A stretch of 63,660 nucleotides of DNA, filler included, from Stramenopiles sp. TOSAG23-2 (taxonomy: Eukaryota): assembly GCA_900128395.1 (NCBI GenBank). It is 8 parts of 8 records of this genome, joined end to end, with 100 filler letters (N's around TTAATTAATTAA, not from the genome) between each part and the next. Parts side by side here need not be neighbours in the genome. Positions count along the whole stretch, not along the records: positions 57,143 to 58,698 come from LT652685.1; positions 58,799 to 60,352 come from LT652686.1; positions 60,453 to 62,006 come from LT652687.1; positions 62,107 to 63,660 come from LT652688.1; 4 more parts are not named here. One strand, given 5' to 3'. Below are positions 57,797-63,660 of this stretch, one piece after another; positions within the stretch are counted from its first letter, which is position 1; the number at the start of each line of letters is the position of its first letter. A program made the position numbers and the translations under genes. The notes beneath the pieces are model-generated. The model saw only the letters and a list, made by a program, of their open reading frames with translations, did no database searches and was not told the DNA's origin.

Positions 57797-58546
57797 GATG
57801 ATGAAATTGGAAGTAAACTAAAAAAGCTAGTTGTGTTATCAATCCGATTTAATAAGTTGAAAGTTGTGCCAGAAAGCGTAGGAAATTCGAAGACTTTATT
57901 GTTTTTACATTTTTCATATAATGCAATTGAATTTATTCCTGATTCCGTTTGGAAAAATGATAACATTATTGAATTAGCATTGAACTCAAACAACATTACT
58001 AGCATCTCAAAAACAATATCGCTCAGTAATGTTCAAAATATGTTTTTATCGAATAATAGTATTACCATGTTACCACCAAATATAGGAAATATGAATTTAT
58101 TAGTAGCATTAGATTTAGATGGCAACAAGTTAAGTGCTCTCCCGGTCGAGTTGACAAGTCTTTATCAATTAATTTATATCAATTTGGCACGAAATAACTT
58201 GACGCACGGATCCTTTCCAGATGAATTAAAATCTGCATTTCAATTTTTGCAAGTTCTAGATTTACGAAACAATTCATTATCCCAAGTCCCAAGATGGGTT
58301 GCTGAGCTAAATGATTTACAAGTTCTAACTGTGAGCGGAAATCCTGTATGCTCAAACGGGTGGCTTGAAGACAAAGCGCAATGCCCGGAGAAAATCAGGG
58401 ACTTAATCAACGTCCCGGGCCAAGGATGCACCAAACAATGTTCTGATTATTGCTTAGATAGCGAATTAGAACTTGCTACTTCTAGAAATATGTGTTACGA
58501 ACCATGTAATTCCGCCAAGTGCAAATATAGCAACTACAAATGCTAA
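57797..58546 (+). CDS. 5'-truncated LRR protein with C-terminal Cys-rich LNR/Notch-like module
   Basis: Repeats of about 23 aa (LDLDGNKLSALPVEL), GNPVC cap, CSDYC...C.EPCNSAKCKY...C; no ATG, with an in-frame stop at 57761. Confidence 0.75.
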   Translation, partial: DDEIGSKLKKLVVLSIRFNKLKVVPESVGNSKTLLFLHFSYNAIEFIPDSVWKNDNIIELALNSNNITSISKTISLSNVQNMFLSNNSITMLPPNIGNMNLLVALDLDGNKLSALPVELTSLYQLIYINLARNNLTHGSFPDELKSAFQFLQVLDLRNNSLSQVPRWVAELNDLQVLTVSGNPVCSNGWLEDKAQCPEKIRDLINVPGQGCTKQCSDYCLDSELELATSRNMCYEPCNSAKCKYSNYKC

Positions 58547-58651
58547 AAGTTACGAAGTACGTACGAAATATTAACACTGGAAGGCGGAAGGTGTTGTGAT
58601 GTTGTGAATTTCAAATATTTTATATCGTATGATATAATTTAATTTATATAT

Positions 58652-58698
58652 AATTTAATTTACGCATAATTTATTTTTAATTTACTCATGATAATTCC
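58652..58698 (+). repeat. Dispersed repeat family A, cut by contig end
   Basis: aatttacgcataatttatttttaatttactcatgataattcc. Confidence 0.9.
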
Positions 58699-58798
58699 NN
58701 NNNNNNNNNNNNNNNNNNNNNNNNNNNNNNNNNNNNNNNNNNTTAATTAATTAANNNNNNNNNNNNNNNNNNNNNNNNNNNNNNNNNNNNNNNNNNNN
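58699..58798. other. Artificial contig linker
   Basis: N44-TTAATTAATTAA-N44. Confidence 0.99.
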
Positions 58799-59401
58799 GC
58801 AGCATATAATAACAAAAAGGATACAGAGTTGATTGAGTTGTTATTAACTAATATGTCTCTTACTAGCATTAATAAGAAGGACTACAGGGGATCCACTCCC
58901 CTGGACTGGGCATATAAATATAATAAAAGTCCAATTAAACAAAAGATCGTTGATCTTATACGTTCAAAAGGTGGAAATTGTCGAAGATGAGATAGAGAGT
59001 GAAGATGATTATTAAAATTATTATCACTGTATATAAAATAGCTTTTAACCAATAAATATACTTCGTAAAATAAGATTTTAACCAATAATTTTAACCATCA
59101 ATAAATATATCAAAAATGCAATTTTTTATATACGTGTATAAGGATTTTAACCATTCAATATATAAATATAATACACATACTCTAGTATATAAAGAACACA
59201 TTTTTTATTTTTATTTTTTTACTACACGTAAATTTTCTTAGACTCTCCCTCTGCATCTCTCCAGATTTTTTGTTTTATTACAGAAAACGAAAGGCTAAAT
59301 ATTCGCTTCAGGGTAATAAACACACACACACACACACATCTCAAGAGTCAAAAAATCAAACACACACCCCACCGCCGCGTGTATTTTTTTTGTAAAATGT
59401 T

Positions 59402-60352
59402 TTAAAACCCACTGACACTTCCACTACCACCAACTTTTTTCCATAAAAATCCTGTCAAATCACAATTATGATCTTTTAACACTTTTTTCACCGTTCGTTT
59501 TGAATCATCTACAATAAATTCTTGCTCAATTAAACAACATTCTTTATGGAATTTTTTAATACGTCCTTTCATCATTTTTTCCACAATATCAGCTGGTTTC
59601 CCACTTGCTAAGCCTTGTTCCCGAAAGATACTTGCTTCACGTTCCAAATCATCATCTGGAATCTCTTGAACATTTAAATATTTTGGTGAAGCAGCAGTTA
59701 CATGCAATGCAATTTGTGTAGCAACATCATCATTTCCACTTTGTAATCCAACAATACATGCCATTGTACCTATATTAGGTGCAAATTGATTATGTATATA
59801 TCCTGTGATAGATGAATTATCATCTGCAGTTATTATTTCAGCATTAGATAATAATATATTTTCACGAACGGTACCTCCTAATTCTGCAATTAATTCAGAA
59901 ACATTTGTACCATTATCTAAATTATTTTCTAACAATTCATTTGTGATATTTTTATATCCATTCTTATTATTATCATCAGTTGCAAGTGTCAATGCATGGT
60001 CTGCTACTGTACGCAATGCTTCTTGAAACAAGGTATTGCGTGCTACAAAATCAGTTTCTGAATTTAATTCAACTACTGATGCAATACGTTTACATGGAGA
60101 CAACGATATTGCTATTAATCCTTCTGCAGCATCTTTACTAGATCGTTTAGATGCAGCTGCTATACCATTTTTACGTAACCAATCAATTGCTTTTTCAATA
60201 TCACCTTGTACATCTTCATGTGATAATGCTTTTTTACATTCCATCATTGGTGCACCAGTTTGTTCACGCAATGTTTTCACATCTTTTGCTGACACTTTTA
60301 TTGTTGAAAATAAACGACGTGGGTGGTGGTAACGATATGATAGAAATTGTTT
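59402..60352 (-). CDS. tsf: Mitochondrial elongation factor Ts (N-terminal presequence truncated)
   Basis: VKTLREQTGAPMMECKKAL, A.DWLRKNG, AAEGLI, VELNSETDFVARN, IALHV.A..P.YL, GKPADIVEKM.KGR. Confidence 0.95.
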   Translation of the reverse strand, partial: KQFLSYRYHHPRRLFSTIKVSAKDVKTLREQTGAPMMECKKALSHEDVQGDIEKAIDWLRKNGIAAASKRSSKDAAEGLIAISLSPCKRIASVVELNSETDFVARNTLFQEALRTVADHALTLATDDNNKNGYKNITNELLENNLDNGTNVSELIAELGGTVRENILLSNAEIITADDNSSITGYIHNQFAPNIGTMACIVGLQSGNDDVATQIALHVTAASPKYLNVQEIPDDDLEREASIFREQGLASGKPADIVEKMMKGRIKKFHKECCLIEQEFIVDDSKRTVKKVLKDHNCDLTGFLWKKVGGSGSVSGF

Positions 60353-60452
60353 NNNNNNNNNNNNNNNNNNNNNNNNNNNNNNNNNNNNNNNNNNNNTTAA
60401 TTAATTAANNNNNNNNNNNNNNNNNNNNNNNNNNNNNNNNNNNNNNNNNNNN
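60353..60452. other. Artificial contig linker
   Basis: N44-TTAATTAATTAA-N44. Confidence 0.99.
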
Positions 60453-61059
60453 TTTTCTCTAATCTATGATTCCAAAGTGCCATGAAAAACATCATACCTA
60501 TTACAAAACAATATATGCCTACTGCGTATTTCAAATTTTCATCTTTTGATAAATTGACACTCATTATATTAAAAAAGATGATAGCATATACAAACACTAA
60601 ATATGGCACTATATCAAAACTCATAGTGGCAGGACAATGCGTTTTACAAATATTTTGTAAACGTTTTAAACGCATATAAAAACATACTGCAAATATTGCA
60701 TGAGAAATTAAAAATGCACCTAAACCATATATAAAGTACATCTCAGAGTAATGGACACAGTCTTTTTCTAAATATAAGAAGAAATCTCCCAAACTGCAAA
60801 ATACCAATGCAATGGCAAACATCAATAAATATACAGCTTTTGAATCCACAAATGCTTGAAAAGACGTAAAAGCTAATGTTATAGCAGGCAAAGCTTTAAT
60901 CAAACCACCTACAATAGTTTGGTTTCCAAAATGTTTCGAGAAATATATAGAGATGATGTTATTTGGATAAGATTCATTCAATGCATGCATCGCAACAACC
61001 AGAATTGTATTCCATATAATCCATCTCTCTTTGGTATTTAATTTTTCTATAAGAAACAT
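60453..61059 (-). CDS. YhhN/TMEM86 lysoplasmalogenase-like membrane protein (3'-truncated)
   Basis: IKALP, ALVFCSLGDFFL, FIYGLGAFLISH, V.IY..VI..M. Confidence 0.85.
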
Positions 61060-61223
61060 AATTGTTTTGAGAATGCAACATATGTTGGTAAAGTTTATTT
61101 GTTTGTTTTAAATGCAAACTAAGATATGTAGGAACAAATAATCACTCAGATAAACTTTGGTTGGCCAGATGGTACATATATAGAATAGCACAATATGCTG
61201 GCTGGGCTGGCAGCAAGCCTTAG

Positions 61224-61522
61224 GTAGATTCTAAATCGGAGCCAATGGGACCGAAATCAAGCGGACCCAAATTTTAACAAAAAATGAATTATAAAAAAGG
61301 ATTTTGTGATTTCATTTTTTAAAAGAAATAAGGTAATCGATATGCCATTTTACAAAATAAAATCGGATATTTTTATGTTGATAATATCAATAATCGGCAT
61401 ATTTTGATCCAATTTGGGCCCGCTTGATTTGGGTCCGTTTGAACCCTACTCTCCAACTCTAATATAATGCTATTCATATGCTAATATTTTCGCTCCCATT
61501 GTCTCCGATTTAATAATCTGCC
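61224..61522. mobile_element. MITE-like element with nested imperfect inverted repeats
   Basis: Left gtagattctaaatcggagccaatgggaccgaaatcaagcggacccaaatt pairs with aatttgggcccgcttgatttgggtcc (near 61411) and with cgctcccattgtctccgatttaataatctgc (near 61491). Confidence 0.7.
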
Positions 61523-61705
61523 GGGCCAGCAAGATTCATTTTTTTGCAGCTTTTCAAAACGTATGCGTATTACAGTGCGTACCCGGCGTACTGTGGCGTA
61601 CTGTATAGTCTACAGTACATGCGTAGTCCTGGTAGCTGACTAGCTAGCCAGCTAGCCCAGCTAGCTCTAGCTGGGCTAGCTGGCTCCTAGCTGGGCTAGA
61701 TCTAG

Positions 61706-62006
61706 AGCAGCTGACATTTAAAATGAACAATTTTCCTCCGCGCCGATTCCTCCGCGCCGTTATATTTACCTTAAATTAGGCACTTTTTTGACCGAACACG
61801 AAAATATACTAAATTATTATTTCATCAAAAATAATCAAAAATTCAAAATTCATCATTATTATTATTATTTTTTGTATTTTTTATTATTACCATATATTCT
61901 ATTTTTATTTTGGTCAATTTTGGTGAAGATGAAAATTCGATAAAATTTAGTACGGCGCGGAGGAATCGGCGCGGAGGAAAATTGTTCATTTTAAATGTCA
62001 GCTGCT
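61706..62006. mobile_element. MITE with perfect 55-bp terminal inverted repeats
   Basis: 61706-61760 agcagctgacatttaaaatgaacaattttcctccgcgccgattcctccgcgccgt is the exact reverse complement of 61952-62006; AT-rich interior. Confidence 0.9.
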
Positions 62007-62106
62007 NNNNNNNNNNNNNNNNNNNNNNNNNNNNNNNNNNNNNNNNNNNNTTAATTAATTAANNNNNNNNNNNNNNNNNNNNNNNNNNNNNNNNNNNNNN
62101 NNNNNN
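62007..62106. other. Artificial contig linker
   Basis: N44-TTAATTAATTAA-N44. Confidence 0.99.
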
Positions 62107-62109
62107 TTT

Positions 62110-63660
62110 TTACGTATGATGCATAATCGTATCACATTTTTTCACGACACTTGCTGTAATTTTACGTCGTTTTTTTGGATTGATGATTTTTTTCACTACT
62201 TTTTTACCACTTGTTTTTAAATTATTAATCACATTACGGCCATGTTCCCCATCATCATTTGGATCAATGCCTAACAACCATAACCAATGCAAGGTATGGT
62301 AAAATGCATCAAACAATGTATCATGTGTTTTATATTGAACATTAAATTCTTTGCACGTATCTTCCACAACATCTTGTATATATGGATAATATACATGTGA
62401 AATCGATGGAAATAAATGATGTTCAATTTGATGATTTAAACCACCACTAAAATGAGTCCAAAAGGTTGATTTCAATGCCCAATTAGTCGATGTACGACAT
62501 TGTGCAGCAGCCCAATTATATTTCAATGCATCATCGTCATCTTCATCCATTTTTTGTTTTCTTTCATTTGCATTCCTAGTATCATTATTACACATAAATT
62601 CACAACTATCTGTAATATGTGTAACAATAAACATAGTAGCTAATATTAATCCACAAAAAAAATGTGCAATTGTAAATAATATTAAACCTTTACCAATACC
62701 ATTAAAATATATCGGTGCGATCAACATATAACCTAAACTTGCTAATTTCATAAATAAAATACGACAATAATTCATATTGTTTGATAATCGTGGTTTCATA
62801 CTGATAAAATCGTTGATTTTACCATCAACAAATACTTGTACAATATCATTGTACAATACTTTTAACATGGTAAATCCACCAAAGACAATTGGTGTATACA
62901 ACCATTGATATTGATGATGTGGTTTCCAATCATCAAATGGATTCATACGTATTAATGGATATGATGAGAAAACATCTGGATCATTTTCTTGTGTCGTCGT
63001 CGTCGTTGCATCTTGTTCTTCGTTTTCTTCACGTGTGATTAAATTAGTAAATGGATGATGTCCAGTATTATGATGTGCTTCCCAACAATAGGTCGATGCA
63101 CCAATTAAATCCATACCAAATCCCATTAATACATTTATATATGATTTTGAACTATATGCACCATGGCATCCATCATGCATGATACATGTACCAATTAATG
63201 ATGAGAAAATACCAAGTGTAATGGCTGCAATATAGGAACCATGAAACGTCACGAAATACAATGAAACACCCCAATTTAACAAAATAAAGCAAGTTTTTAA
63301 ATACATAATCGGTGAATCATGCCATGTACCATTTTGTGTTACTTCATTTAAACGTTGAACAACACGTGTTTTCATAGTTTTATAAAATATTTCATTTTCC
63401 CAATTATAATATGATGGTGATGTTTCCTCCTCGATTTTTGTTGTTGCTTCTGTTTTAGAAGTAGGATATTGTTTTAAAACAATCGTACCAATGCAATATT
63501 TTTCTAATATAGCATTATGTACACCTTTTGGATGATACATTTCAAACATTGCTGTTGAATCCGTACCACCACCTAGTAATATAATATCACCACCTGGATG
63601 TGTTTTACTCCATTCCGTGACATCATATACATTATTATGTATTAATAACCATGAATCATT
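62110..63660 (-). CDS. Front-end fatty acid desaturase with cytochrome b5 domain, delta-4-like (5'-truncated)
   Basis: HPGG near 63590-63601; His boxes HDGCH, HHNTGHH and QIEHH; HHPFTNL...DPDVFSSYPLIRMNP resembles thraustochytrid delta-4 desaturases. Confidence 0.88.
   Translation of the reverse strand, partial: NDSWLLIHNNVYDVTEWSKTHPGGDIILLGGGTDSTAMFEMYHPKGVHNAILEKYCIGTIVLKQYPTSKTEATTKIEEETSPSYYNWENEIFYKTMKTRVVQRLNEVTQNGTWHDSPIMYLKTCFILLNWGVSLYFVTFHGSYIAAITLGIFSSLIGTCIMHDGCHGAYSSKSYINVLMGFGMDLIGASTYCWEAHHNTGHHPFTNLITREENEEQDATTTTTQENDPDVFSSYPLIRMNPFDDWKPHHQYQWLYTPIVFGGFTMLKVLYNDIVQVFVDGKINDFISMKPRLSNNMNYCRILFMKLASLGYMLIAPIYFNGIGKGLILFTIAHFFCGLILATMFIVTHITDSCEFMCNNDTRNANERKQKMDEDDDDALKYNWAAAQCRTSTNWALKSTFWTHFSGGLNHQIEHHLFPSISHVYYPYIQDVVEDTCKEFNVQYKTHDTLFDAFYHTLHWLWLLGIDPNDDGEHGRNVINNLKTSGKKVVKKIINPKKRRKITASVVKKCDTIMHHT

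Noticed and set aside
26827-62106. TTAATTAATTAA flanked by Ns recurring seven times, at about 1655-nt period in the last 10 kb
   Set aside because: Artificial six-frame-stop linker joining size-sorted contigs; neither the periodicity nor cross-linker gene neighbourhoods are biological

Overview
This is AT-rich, intron-poor eukaryotic nuclear DNA, not prokaryotic. The gene content (CNOT9, UTP15, CSE1, VDAC, borealin-like, TMEM144, DAP decarboxylase, a thraustochytrid-type delta-4-like desaturase) suggests a heterotrophic stramenopile such as a MAST lineage, which is an inference. The window is 8 contigs (26826, 26803 and six of about 1555 nt) joined by artificial 100-nt N44-TTAATTAATTAA-N44 linkers, so adjacency across linkers means nothing. 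About 25 genes are present, often on alternating strands. Main observations: (1) an LRR gene (51803-53242) has twelve 84-nt repeats with near-identical framework codons but hypervariable beta-strand codons that change almost only at positions 1-2 (NNC 12/12, NNT 11/12); it has an in-frame TAG, and a paralogue tail sits on another contig. This is a candidate diversified protist recognition-receptor family. (2) Two dispersed repeat families have one fixed end and one variable end and lie almost only downstream of stop codons. (3) Hairpin/MITE-like elements lie instead upstream of genes. (4) A gene-poor island next to the LRR gene holds twin inverted-repeat cassettes with identical 41-nt spacing, frameshifted orphan ORFs and a 225-bp satellite. 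(5) A three-exon H-Y-E PARP has a mitochondrial-like presequence plus TM and lies next to a RING-less GIDE/MUL1-like gene. (6) An interstitial TTAGGG tract lies upstream of UTP15.
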